64,000 nt of DNA from an uncultured Chloroflexia bacterium (lineage in GTDB: Bacteria > Chloroflexota > Limnocylindria > Limnocylindrales > CSP1-4): assembly GCA_963721545.1 (NCBI GenBank), contig CAVRKB010000010.1:148530-212529 (forward strand), written 5' to 3'. The translations under genes were made by a program, and so were the position numbers. The first letter of the stretch is position 1. Each line of letters starts with the position of its first letter. Of the stretch, positions 29,385 through 43,935 are shown piece by piece. The notes beneath the pieces are model-generated. The model made no database searches, was not told the origin of the DNA, and saw only the letters and a list, made by a program, of their open reading frames with translations.

Positions 29385-31808
29385 TCGCTTTCGCCGACTC
29401 TCGACGCTGACCCTCGTCGGGGCGTTCATGGCCGCAATGCTGCCGGCGTCCGTCCTCGCCGCCGATCCCGTCGCGGTCGACGACACGTTCACGATCCCCG
29501 TGAACTCGGGCGTCACGAACTGGGCCGTGATGGACAACGACATCGGCACCGACCTTGACCTCCACGAGGAGCTGACGACACCGGCGCACGGCATCGCGTT
29601 CGTCAACGGCACGCACGTCCACTACACGCCGGACGAAGACTTCCACGGTACGGACACGTTCGACTACACGATCGAGGAAGGCGCGGTGACGGACGTCGGG
29701 ACCGTGACCGTCATCGTCAACACCCCGCCGGTCGCGGTCGACGACCCCACGGCTCTCTGCGAGTCGCCGGGTGATCCTTCGGACTTCGGCGGCGGGTTCC
29801 CCGTGCCTGAGGACTTCCGCTTCGCCGGCCCGCCGGCGGACACGTTTCTCCTGTTCGGGAATTGCGCACTGCTCGAGAACGACACCGATGTCGACGGGGA
29901 CACCCTCACCTACGAGATCCTCACCCAGCCGACGCACGGGGAAGCGGTCAAAGTCGACGAGGAGTTCTTCACCTACAAGGCCGACCCGAACTACGGCACG
30001 CTGCCGGGCTCGCTGCCGGGTGAGACATGGCAGCTCGACACGTTCACCTACCGTGCGTTCGACGGTCTGTCGTATTCGGATCCGGCGACGATGTCGTTCT
30101 GGGTCGCGGCCATCAACGACCGCGCCGACATTCACGCCCGGGTCGGCGACCGTGGTCGTCGCCGAGGACAGCGGCCCCTACAGCGCCGCGTTGGGCGACC
30201 AACGTCAGCCCCGGGCCATTCGGCGGAATCCGCCCAGAGCGGTGCAGTTCCTGCCCGACGGGCCGAACCCGGTGAACCAGGGCCTGCTCGACCTGTTCTC
30301 GGTGATGCCGGCCATCGACGCCGGCGGGAACCTGACGTTCACGCTGAATCCCGATGCGTCCGGTCTCGCGACGGTGACCTTCGTCGCCAAGGATGACGGT
30401 GGTTCTCGAGGACTACGGCCTGGCTTCGGGAGACATGGTCCCGCCGGACGACACGACCGACGCGTTCTCGTTCCAGATCGCCGTCAACGCGGACGACGTG
30501 ACGACCGCCGACGACAACGCCGACGTCGCGCGAGGACGCGGCTGCCATCAGCCGATCGACGTCCTCGCCAACGACAAGTTCTCGCCCACCGCCACGATCA
30601 CGGCCGTCACCCAGGGTGCCAAGGGAGTCGGTCCAGATCGCCGCGGATGGGCTGTCGCTGACGTACGACCCGAACACGAATGCGACCGGCTGCAGACACG
30701 TTCACCTACACCGCTGGAGCGACGGCCTCGGGAGCGAGGACACCGCGACGGTGTACGGTCCTGATCGGCGGCACGAACGACGCACCCGATGCGCGGCCAA
30801 CGACGATGGCCTGACCGTCCCGGAGAGCGCCGGTCCGGTGGCACTGCCGGTGCTGCACTAACGACATCGACGTCGATGGCGAGGCCCTCCGTGATCGTCG
30901 CGAAGACGAACGCGAGCCCACGGAGTCGTCGACCATCACCGGCGGTGGCACCGGGCATGACCTACGACCCGGCCCAGCTGTACGTCGGGACCGATATCTT
31001 CACCTATACGGTCAGCGATGGGCACGGCGGGTCACGGACGCCGCGACGGTCCTCCTGACCGTCGGCGAAGGACACGCACCAAGCCGGTCGCCACCGGGCC
31101 GACCGAGGCGTTCTACGGCCAGACGGTCGGCACGTCCACGACGAAACAGCGGATCGCCTGGTCCGGATCGGATGCCGGGACCGGGGTCGCCAAGTTCCAG
31201 CTCCAGGCCAAGGTCGGAGGCGGCAGCTGGTCCACGAGTCTCGACTCCCGAGCGCCACGTCCACGTCGATCAACCGGACCCGACGCCGACGGGCGCGCTT
31301 ACCAGTACCGCGTCCGGCAACGGACCGCGCAGGCAACGTCGGCGCCTGGGCGTACGGCCCGACGTTCACGCCGGGTCAGGCTTCCAGAACACGAGCGGTG
31401 ACGGGGCGACGGGGGCCGGCGCCAACGAGAGCCACACGTATAGCCAAGGCGGTACGTACGCGGTGACCTTGACCGTAACGAATGAGACCAGCTCGGCATC
31501 CGATAGCCAGAGCTATGCGGTCAACCCTGAGCCGCCACGTCTGGTCGGGCTCGTCGAGCGCTCGCGCCACGCTGACCCGGAGCGTCCGCGACTTCGCCCT
31601 GGTCGCCACCAAGACGCCGAGCAGCGGGTCGGTCCAGGTCTGGATCGACGGGTCGCTGGCCGCCACGATCGACCTCCACAAGGCGTCGGCCAAGTACCGC
31701 AAGCTCGTCTTCTCGCGCCACTTCACCAGCCTCGCGACGCACACCATCGAGGTCCGCCCGGTCGGCAACGGGCGGGTCTACCTCGACGCCTTCCTGGTCC
31801 TCCGCTGA
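29371..31808 (+). CDS. Secreted Ig-like/cadherin-like tandem repeat protein 2, frameshifted
   Basis: Signal peptide, PVAVDD / LLENDTDVDGD / FTYTVSDG repeats, C-terminal beta domain (VQVWIDG..HTIEV..VYLDAFLVL). Confidence 0.8.
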
Positions 31809-31840
31809 CCGAGCGACCGGCGGCCGGCCACGGTGGCCTC

Positions 31841-31849
31841 TGCTATACT
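31841..31849 (+). promoter_or_regulatory. Extended -10 promoter of the atp operon
   Basis: TGCTATACT ~25 bp upstream of the first atp ORF. Confidence 0.55.
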
Positions 31850-31872
31850 GCCGCGGCCGTGTCAGGTCGCCC

Positions 31873-32093
31873 ATGATCGAGTCCGGCCGGGGTTGGGCCT
31901 ACGTAGTCCTCTTCTCGGAGATCGGCATCTCGCTCCTGGTCACGACGCTGGTCGGCGTGCTCGTCGGCCATTGGGTCGACAAGCAGCTGGGGACCATTCC
32001 CGTCTTCCTGATCGTCGGTTTCTTCCTCGGCGCCGGTGCCGGGACCTGATGATCGTCCAGACTGGTCAGCCGGTTCCTGAAGACATTCGATAA
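31873..32093 (+). CDS. AtpZ/AtpI (ATPase_gene1) family small membrane protein
   Basis: IGISLLVTTLVGVLVGHWVDKQLGTIPVFLIVGFFLG, first gene of the atp operon. Confidence 0.85.
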
Positions 32094-32167
32094 GCCGGCC
32101 TCATGCCCGACCGGCAGATGAAGATCCGAGCGCGGCGTCGAGCCGCGCTCCTGTGTGTGGAGCAAGC

Positions 32168-33213
32168 GTGTCGAGCGAGCAGGACGTGACCCCCGAGGTC
32201 GCCGAGGCCACAGCACCGCGCCGCCCAAGTCGGGCGCGGGCTGTCGTCGCGCTGGTTCCTGATCATCGGCGCGGTCATCGTCTTCAACATCGTCGCGCTG
32301 ATCCTCGTGCCGCCGTTCCCGAAGCATGGCGCCCCGGGCGACGAATGCCTCTTCCCGGTGTGCTTCATCGAGGGCACCCTCGAGTTCCCGGCCCCGCACG
32401 TGGTCTGGGCGCCCGAGGGATCCACCGCCCCGGCGGCGAACGAGCTGATCGTCTTCTACCCGAGCATCAGCTCGACGATCCTGACGATGTGGATCGTGAT
32501 GGCGATCGTGCTGATCGTCTCGATCCTGATGGTCCGCGGCTCGAAGCTCATCCCCGGTCGTGGCCAGAACGTGTTCGAGTGGTTCTACGAGTTCCTGAGC
32601 GACTTCGGGATCGGCATCGCCGGGGCGGCGGCGCGCCCGTACATCCCGCTGTTCGCCGCCTTCTTCCTGCTCATCCTGTTCTGCAACTGGAGCGGCCTCA
32701 TCCCGCCGGTCGGCCGCGATCGAGGAGCTGCGGGCCCCGACGAGCGACGTCAACATCACCCTCGGGCTCGCGCTGGTCAGCTTCCTCTACTTCGAGTTCC
32801 AGGGCTTCCGCAAGCTCGGCATCCGCGGCTATGGCGGCAAGTTCTTCCCGCTCTACGAGTTCAAGAACGGCATCGGCGCCGGGGTTCATCGCCATGTTCG
32901 TCGGGTCTGGTGGAGCTCATGCTCGAGTTCGTCAAGCCGATCACGCTCTCGATGCGACTCTTCGGCAACATCTACGGCGGCGAGGTGGCGCTCGGCGTCA
33001 TCACCGCGCTGACGATCGCGTTCGTGCCCGTCGGCCTGCTCGGCCTCGAGGTCATGCTCAACGCGATCCAGGCCCTCATCTTCAGCATCCTGACGCTCAT
33101 GTTCATCGTCCTCGCGATCGAGAGCCACGAGCACGAGGAAGGGCCACGTCGCCGAGGAGGCGATCGAGGCCATCCACGGGACGGAGCCGTCGACGCTCCA
33201 GCCCGCCCACTGA
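32168..33213 (+). CDS. atpB: ATP synthase subunit a, frameshifted
   Basis: PGRGQNVFE, FCNWSGLIP, APTSDVNIT, KPITLSMRLFGN, IQALIFSILT. Confidence 0.93.
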
Positions 33214-33292
33214 CGCGCCAGCCACGGCGCAGCCCACCACCGGTCTCGATGATCCCGCGCCGCAGGTGCGGGGAGTAGGAGGAAGACACACG

Positions 33293-33511
33293 ATGGATTA
33301 CACAGGCGCCGGACTCGCAGCCCTTGGCGTTCTCGGCCCGGGCATCGGCATCGGCATCCTCGGCGGCATGGCCGCCGCGGCGATCGGGCGCAACCCCGAC
33401 GCGGCCGGCCAGATCCGCGGCATCGCGATCATCCTCGCGGCCTTCGCCGAAGGCCTCGGCGTCCTCGCGATCGTCGTCGGCCTGCTCGCGATCTTCATCC
33501 AGCCGGCGTAG
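33293..33511 (+). CDS. atpE: ATP synthase subunit c
   Basis: GPGIGIG, GRNPD, AFAEG; AGGAGG RBS. Confidence 0.95.
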   Translation: MDYTGAGLAALGVLGPGIGIGILGGMAAAAIGRNPDAAGQIRGIAIILAAFAEGLGVLAIVVGLLAIFIQPA

Positions 33512-33517
33512 TCCACG

Positions 33518-34094
33518 GTGGACATCCTGGCCGTCGCCGCCGAGCGCGGGCCGACACGTCGTCCAGCTCGCCGCGGAAGAGGGTGAAGCGCGCGCTGTTC
33601 CAGGTCAACCTGTTCTGGGTGATCGTCAGCGCGCTCAACTTCATCCTCTTCTTCATCATCATCTGGTCGTTCGCGTTCAAGCCCGTGTCGGCCATGCTCG
33701 CCGACCGCAAGTCGCGGATCGAGCAGGGCCTCAAGGACGCCGAACAGGCCCGAAGGATCGCGAGAACGCGGAGGCCGAGCGCGTCGCCACGCTCGGCGAG
33801 GCGCGTCGCGAGGCGAACGACATCCTGGCCCGCGCCCAGAAGGTCGCCCAGGAGACGCGTGACGCGGACATCGCCGCGACGCAAGCGAGGAGCTCGAGCG
33901 GATGCGCGTGCGCGCGGCCGCCGAGATCGAGGCGGAGAAGGTCCGCGCGATCGCCGACGTCCGGGCCGAGGTCGCCGACCTCGCGCTGCTCGCCGCCGGC
34001 AAGCGTCGTCGGCGAGACGATGACCGACGATCGCCAGCGACGGCTCGTCGACGAGTTCCTGCGCAGCTCCGGCGTCGGCGGGTCGAAGAACTGA
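33518..34094 (+). CDS. atpF: ATP synthase subunit b, frameshifted
   Basis: NFILFFIIIWSFAFKPV..DRKSRIEQGLKDAE, EIEAEK.RAIADVRAEVADLA. Confidence 0.92.
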
Positions 34095-34106
34095 TGGAGC
34101 TGCCTG

Positions 34107-34656
34107 ATGGCCCGCCGCGACACGGCCGCACGGCGCTACGCCGAGGCCGCCTTCGAGGTCGCCGAGCGCGACGACAGCGGTCGAAGCGCTGGCGAGCCGA
34201 GCTCGACGCTGCGGCGTCCGATCGTCGCCGACGAGCGGGTCGGGCGGATGCTGGCCAACCCGGCCATCGCGCTCGAGACCCGGACCGAGATGGCCGAGTC
34301 CATCTTCGGGCAAGGTCGTCAGCCAGCCCGTGCTCAACCTCATCGGGCTGATGCTCCGGCGCGGCCGGATCGAGGAGCTGCCCCGCGTCGCCGCCGAGTT
34401 CCGGCGGCTCGACAACGCCCGCCAGGGCATCACCCTCGCCACCGCCACCAGCGCCGCGCCGTTGACCCAGGACGAGGTCCGGGCACTCACCGCGCGCGTC
34501 GAACAGTTGACCGGCGGTCGCGTCGAGCTCGACGTCCAGGTCGATCCCAGCCTGCTGGGTGGCCTGGTCGTCCGGGTCGGCGACCGCCTGATCGACGGAA
34601 GCGTCCGAGGCCGCCTCGAGCGACTGCGGAACCAGCTCGTCTCGGGCGCCCTCTAG
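34107..34656 (+). CDS. atpH: ATP synthase subunit delta, frameshifted
   Basis: [34 protein letters not shown]. Confidence 0.93.
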
Positions 34657-34671
34657 GAGACCTGATGACCG

Positions 34672-36210
<1,539 letters not shown>

Positions 36211-36213
36211 GCC

Positions 36214-36310
36214 GCTCGGACGGCCATGGCCGCGTTGTCGCTCCGCCGTTCGCTCACGCACCCCAAGGTGCGCTCGCCGCGTGCTCGCCGCCGCCATGGA
36301 CTCGTCGAGC
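36214..36310. repeat. Intergenic imperfect palindrome (REP/MITE-like) between atpA and atpG
   Basis: Ends GCTCGGACGGCCATGGC / GCCATGGACTCGTCGAGC are imperfect inverted repeats; inner hairpin CGCACC-CCAA-GGTGCG. Confidence 0.5.
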
Positions 36311-36326
36311 GCCGAGGTGAGCGCTG

Positions 36327-37179
36327 ATGGCTAGCCAGCGGGACATCCGGCGGCGGATCGGCTCCGTCAAGAACATCAAGCAGATCACCCGCGCGATGCA
36401 GTTCGTGGCCGCGTCGAAGCTCAAGCGCGCCCAGGACGCCACGCTGGCCTCGCGGCCGTACAGCGAGAAGCTCGACGAGGTCCTGGCCGACCTCGCGGCC
36501 GTGCTCGGTGGCGAAGACCACCCGCTCCTCGCGGAGCGGAGCGGCGGCAAGCGCCTGGTCGTGCTGATCACGACCGACCGGCCGCTGTCCGGTCCGCTCA
36601 ACACGAACATCGTCCGCTTCGTGGCCCGCGACATCATCGACAACACCGGGCGACCTCGCGGTCATCACCGTCGGCCGCAAGGGCCGTGACGCGATGCGCC
36701 GGGCCGGCGTGCCGATCGAGGCCCACTTCTCGACGTTCGGCGACCGCCCGTCGTTCGCCGACGTCCTGCCGCTCGCCCGCCTGCTGACCGACGACTTCCT
36801 GGCCGGCACGTACGGCCGGGTCGACATCGTCTACAGCCACTGGGTGTCGACCCTCGTCCAGCGCCCGACGCTCGACACGATCCTGCCGATCCCGCCGTCG
36901 GAGGACACCGAAGGCATCCCCGGCAACCAGTTCATCTTCGAGCCGAGCGCCTCGGCCGTGCTGGAGCAGCTCCTCCCGCGCTACGTCGCGACCCGCCTGT
37001 TCCAGGCGGTCCTCGAGGCCAAGGCGAGCGAGGAGTCGAGCCGGATGGTCGCGATGAAGAACGCGACCGAGAACGCCGAGGAGCTCATCGAGGACCTGAC
37101 GCTCTCGTACAACAAGGTCCGCCAGGCCAACATCACCCGCGAAATGATCGAGATCGCGTCCGGCGCGAACGCCCGATGA
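36327..37179 (+). CDS. atpG: ATP synthase subunit gamma, frameshifted
   Basis: IRRRIGSVKNIKQITRAM, ASEESSRMVAMKNATENA, NKVRQANITRE. Confidence 0.96.
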
Positions 37180-37207
37180 CGCCAAGGACGCAGGAGGCAC
37201 CGACCCC

Positions 37208-38754
<1,547 letters not shown>

Positions 38755-38772
38755 TGAGTGGAGTAGGTAGGG

Positions 38773-39203
38773 ATGCCGCTCCTGCTCGAGATCGTGACTC
38801 CGGAGCGCCTCGCGTACTCGGACACGGTGGATTCGGTGCAGCTGCCCGGGATCGAGGGGGAGCTGGGGGTGCTGCCGCACCATGCGCCGCTGGTGTCGAT
38901 GCTTGGGGTCGGGGAGCTGCGGATCCGGAAGGGTGGGGCGGAGGAGTCGTTCGCGATCGCGGGCGGGTTCCTGCAGGTTCGGCCGGATCGGGTCGTGGTG
39001 ATGGCCGAGACGGCGGACATGGCCAGCGAGATCGACCTCGAGAAAGCCCAGGAGGCGCGTCGCGAGGCCGAGCGAGCGCTCGAGGGCGGGCGCCGACCGA
39101 TGCCGTGGACCTGGCCGCCGCCCGAGCCCAGCTCCAGCAGGCGCTGCTGCGCATCCGCGTCGCCGAGCGCCGACACCGCGAGGGTCCGCGGCACCGCGGT
39201 TAG
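38773..39203 (+). CDS. atpC: ATP synthase subunit epsilon
   Basis: LEIVTPER, GELGVLPHHAPL, GGFLQV, EIDLEKAQEA. Confidence 0.95.
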
Positions 39204-39233
39204 CGACCGTGCGTGTGAACTCGGCAGCGGCGC

Positions 39234-40582
39234 ATGACTGACGCGCGGCCGTTCCACTGGGAGTACCACCCCGAGCCGGTCGCCCGGGAGGTCTTCCGCG
39301 TGGAAGGCGGCCGGCCGCTGAGCGGCACGGTCCCGATCAGCGGCGCCAAGAACGCCGCGCTCAAGCTGCTCGCCGCGGCGACGCTGACCGGCGAACGATG
39401 CCGGCTGACGAACGTCCCCGAGATCGACGACGTGCGCGCATGGCCGAGACGCTTGCGCGACCTCGGCGTCGTCGTCGACCACCCCGCCGACAACGTCTAC
39501 GAGGTCGCCTCGGGCGACGTCGAGTGGCTGTTCGTGCCGCTCGAGGCGGCGGCCCGGATGCGCGCCAGCTTCATCCTGCTCGGGCCGCTGCTCGCCCGGT
39601 TCGGGCGGGTCATCATCAGCAACCCGGGCGGCGACCGGATCGGCCGCCGGCCGGTCGACCTCCACGTCGAGGCGATGCGCACGCTCGGCGCCTCGATCGA
39701 GTACCGCAACGGCTACTACTTCGCCACCTCACCGGGGCGGCTGCGCGGCGGGGAGGTCCGCTTCCCGTTCGTGTCGGTGATGGGCACCGAGAACGCGATG
39801 ATGGCGGCGACCCTGGCCGAGGGCCACACGGTCATCCGGCCGGCCGCCCAGGAGCCCGAGGTCGACGACCTGATCGAGTTCCTGAACAAGATGGGCGCCG
39901 CGGTCGAGCGGACCTACCCCGACACGATCGAGGTCGAGGGCCGCAAGCGCCTGCGCGGCGCCGAGCACCGGGTGATCCCCGACCGGATCGAGGCCGGCAC
40001 GTTCATCGTCGCCGCGGCCGTGACCGGCGGCCGGCTGACGCTGAAGGGCGCGACCGGCGACCACCTGGCGGCGTTCCTCGACACGGTCGAGCGGGTCGGC
40101 GTCGGGATCGAGCGCGGGGCGGACACGATCGTGGTCGACGGCTCGGCGCTCCTCGACGGCGGCTTCCGCGCCTGCGACATCGAGACCGCGCCGTATCCCG
40201 GGCCTGGCCACCGACCTCCAGCCACCGACGTCCGTCCTGCTCACCCAGGCGACCGGGGCGTCGCACGTCAACGAGACGATCTTCGAGGACCGCCTCGAAT
40301 GGCTCAGCCGAGGTGCGCCGGATGGGCGCGACGGTCGAGATGGTCGACGCCCACCGGGCCACGATCACCGGGCCCGCCCACCTCGTCGGGGCGGAGGTCG
40401 AGATCGGCGACCTGCGGGCCGGCGCGTCGCTCATCCTGGCCGCCCTGGCCGCCGAGGGCACGACCACGATCCACGGTGCGCACCACGTTCACCGGGGCTA
40501 TGAGAACATCGAGCGCAAGTTCCTGGACATCGGCGCCAGCATCTCGCGCTCCGCGGAAGGGACAGACGTCACCAACCCATGA
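39234..40582 (+). CDS. murA: UDP-GlcNAc 1-carboxyvinyltransferase, frameshifted
   Basis: [54 protein letters not shown]. Confidence 0.95.
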
Positions 40583-41577
40583 AGATCGGCATCGACCTCG
40601 GCACGGCCAACGTCCTCGTCTACGTCAAGGGCAAGGGCATCGTCATCACCGAGCCCAGCGTGGTCGCCGTGTCCGACGACAACCGGATCGTGGCCGTCGG
40701 CGAGGAAGCGCGCGAGATGATCGGGCGGACACCCGGCAACATCCACGCCATCCGGCCGATGAAGGACGGCGTCATCGCCGACTACGTCATCACCGAGGCG
40801 ATGCTCAGCCACTTCATCGGCAAGGTCCGCAAGGGCCGCGTCGGGTTCGGCAAGCCGGAGGTCATGATCTCCGTCCCGGCCGGCGTGACGAGCGTCGAGA
40901 AGCGGGCCGTCCGCGACGCGGCGCTCAAGGCCGGTGCCAAGGAGGCCTACCTCATCGAGGAGCCCCTCGCCGCGGCGATCGGCGCCAACGTCCCGATCAG
41001 CGGACCGTCGGGGAACATGATCATCGACATCGGTGGCGGGACGAGCGAGATCGCGGTCATCGCCCTCGGCGGGATCGTCGTGTCGCACAGCCTGCGCGTC
41101 GGCGGCAATCGCTTCGACGAGGCGATCGCGACGTACATCCGCAAGAAGTACAACCTGATGGTCGGCGAGCGGACCGCCGAGGAGGTCAAGATCGCGATCG
41201 GGACGGCCCTGCCGCTCGAGCGCGAGCTGACGATGGAGGTTCGCGGGCGCGACCTGATCGCCGGCCTGCCGCGGACGATCCCGATCACCAGCAGCGAGGT
41301 GATGGAGGCGATCGAGGCCCCGCTCCAGCAGCTGGTGGCCGCCGTCCGGTCCGTGCTCGAGCAGACGCCGCCCGAGCTGTCGTCCGACATCATCGACAAG
41401 GGCATGGTCATGTCCGGCGGCGGCGCGATGCTGCGCAACGTCGACAAGCTCCTGACCCAGGTCACCGGCGTCCCGTGCCACGTCGCCGAAAACCCGCTCA
41501 ATTGCGTCGCCCTCGGAACGGGGCTCGCCCTGGAACACTTCGACTTCTTCAAGAAGTCGTTGGTCCAACAGGTCTGA
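40579..41577 (+). CDS. mreB: Actin-like MreB/Mbl protein
   Basis: [49 protein letters not shown]. Confidence 0.95.
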   Translation: MKIGIDLGTANVLVYVKGKGIVITEPSVVAVSDDNRIVAVGEEAREMIGRTPGNIHAIRPMKDGVIADYVITEAMLSHFIGKVRKGRVGFGKPEVMISVPAGVTSVEKRAVRDAALKAGAKEAYLIEEPLAAAIGANVPISGPSGNMIIDIGGGTSEIAVIALGGIVVSHSLRVGGNRFDEAIATYIRKKYNLMVGERTAEEVKIAIGTALPLERELTMEVRGRDLIAGLPRTIPITSSEVMEAIEAPLQQLVAAVRSVLEQTPPELSSDIIDKGMVMSGGGAMLRNVDKLLTQVTGVPCHVAENPLNCVALGTGLALEHFDFFKKSLVQQV

Positions 41578-41587
41578 TGCGCGACCC

Positions 41588-41680
41588 GGGGCCCGTCGCC
41601 CGGCGCGCCACGCTCCCGGGCACCTCCGGCGCTGCGCCTAACGGTGCCCGTGCGCGCGTCGCGCCGGACGCCACCCGCCG
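41588..41680 (+). repeat. Structured palindromic element, copy 2
   Basis: Same core and tail as 38627-38720, with different but still complementary stem arms. Confidence 0.7.
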
Positions 41681-41690
41681 GTCCGCGCTG

Positions 41691-42412
41691 ATGCGGGCGT
41701 TCATCGACCTGCACTGCCACACGCAGGGGCAGCTTCGACTGCCTGTCGTCGCCTGCGGATGTGATGAAGGCGGCGGCCGCGCGCGGCTTGACGCACCTCG
41801 CGATCACCGACCATGACCGGATCGATGTGGCGGTCGAGGCCCGGGCGATGGCGCCCGAGGGGTTGACGGTGATCGTCGGGGAAGAGGTCAAGACGCGGGA
41901 CGGCGACCTGATCTGCGTGTTCCTCGAGCGGGCGATCCCGCCCGGGCTGTCGGCGGTCGAGACGATCGCCGCGGCGCGCGAGCAGGGCGGGCTCGTCGGC
42001 CTGCCGCACCCGTTCGACCGGATGCGTGGCTCGATCCTCAAGGACGAATCGATGGCCGCACATCGTCGATTCCGTGGACTGGGTCGAGAGCCACAACGCC
42101 CGTGCCGTCGGCAAGGGCAACGAGCTCGCCCAGGAATTCGGGCTCGAGCGCGGGCTGCCCGGCATCGCGGTGTCCGACGCGCACTCGATCATGGAGGTCG
42201 GCGTCGCGTACGTGGCGCTCGACGGCGACCCGTCGACGCCGGCCGGCCTGCTCGCCGCGCTCCCGACGGCGGAGCTCGTCCCCGGCCGGGCGACGTACTT
42301 CGTCCGGCTCTGGACGCCGCTGGCGAAGGGCGTCAACCGGGTGCGCGGCAACGGCCGGATCAGGCCCGCCGGCGACCTCGCGCCGTCGTCCGAACCGGAC
42401 CGGCCGGCATGA
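41691..42412 (+). CDS. PHP-domain metallophosphoesterase, frameshifted
   Basis: DLHCHT, AITDHD, GEE, PHPFD, SDAH. Confidence 0.9.
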
Positions 42413-43604
42413 CCGGGCCGGGTGGACAGGACCATCGGCCGGTGGCCGATGACGGAGCCGATCCGCTAGCGTCGGAGGCCATGGAGGCGAACCCGGCGCT
42501 CGACGCCACGATCCCGCGCCACGAGCCCGAATTCGCTCATCGAGGCGCTCGAGGACGAACCCACCGAGGTCGCGCCGCTGTCGCTCGGACAGCGGATGCG
42601 CCAGCCGCGGACGATCCTGTCGATCGTCGTCCCGCTCGGCGATCATCGCCTTCTTCCTGTACCTCAATCGCGACCGCCTCGCCGCGGTGCCCGAGCTCAT
42701 CCTCCAGGCGAACCCGGCGCTGGTCCTCCTCGCGTTCGTGGTCTTCTACCTCGGCTTCCCGTTGCGTGGCTACCGCTGGTCGCGGCTGCTGCGCGAGACC
42801 GGCTTCGTCATCAGCGTTCGCAACTCGGTCGAGATCCTGTACATCTCGTGGTTCGTCAACTGCGTCGTGCCGGCCAAGCTCGGCGACGTGTATCGCGCCT
42901 ACCTGCTCAAGATGAACAGCCCGGCGTCGCTCAGCCGGACGTTCGGGACCGTGTTCATCGAGCGCATCCTCGACATCTTCGCGATCGCGATCCTCGGCCT
43001 GGCCGCCGGGTTCTGGAGCTTCCGGAGCGGGCTGCCCGACGCGGTCCGCCTGCTGTTCGTCGTCGGGATCATCGTCGTCGTGGTCGCCGCCGTCGGCCTG
43101 TTCACGATGCGGAACTTCGGCCGGCGGATCCTCGAGCGGCTGCCGCTGCCGGCCCGGATCCTCGAGCTGTACGAACGGTTCGAGGAGGGCGTCTTCGGGG
43201 CCGTCGGGCTCAAGCACCTGCCGGTCCTGGCGATCCTCACCGGGCTGATCTGGATGACCGAGGGGCTGCGCCTGTACATCGTCGTCCTCGCCCTCGGCTT
43301 CGCCGACGTGAGCCTCGGCCTGTCCGGGGCGGTCTTCGTGGCGCTGATCGGATCGCTGCTCACGGCGATCCCGCTCAGCCCGGCCGGGCTCGGGTTCGCC
43401 CAGGCGGGCGTCATCGGCGTGCTGACCGTGGTCTACGGCATCCCGCTGGCGGAGGCGACCGCGATCACCATCCTCGACTGGGTCATCAGCGTGCTGTCGA
43501 TCATCGTGATCGGGGCCGTCGTCTACGTCGTCTCGCCGATGCCGCGCGGCATGGGCCGGATCCCGCAGCCGCCCGCGACCACGTCGGTCCCGACCGCCGC
43601 CTGA
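42409..43604 (+). CDS. Lysylphosphatidylglycerol synthase TM / UPF0104 flippase-like protein
   Basis: LRGYRW, FVNCVVPAKLGDVYRAY, FIERILD, PLSPAGLG. Confidence 0.85.
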
Positions 43605-43935
43605 GGGTCGGTCCACCGTGCGCGCCGGGTCAGGCGTTGCGCGATGGCCACGTTGCAATGCTCGATTGTCGAGCGCACGCTACCCTCGCGCCACGAGCGG
43701 CAGGGAGGGGCCGCGATCCGATCGCGAACGACGGACGTACCAAGGTCAGGGGGACCTCCGCGGTCGTGCCCTGACCGCACCGAGATTCACCACACCGAAC
43801 CGACCTGCGGCTTGGTCTGGCGTTGTGAGACCGACGGTACCAACGGGTGATACAGACGCCCGTACGCCGCGCTCGATAGTTGGGCCATCGGACACCACGC
43901 AATCCAGCTCGATCAACGGAGCGCCCAGGCATCAC

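Noticed and set aside
33293-33511. Na+-coupled ATP synthase
   Set aside because: Subunit c lacks the Gln and E-S/T sodium ligands (reads AEGL), consistent with H+ coupling
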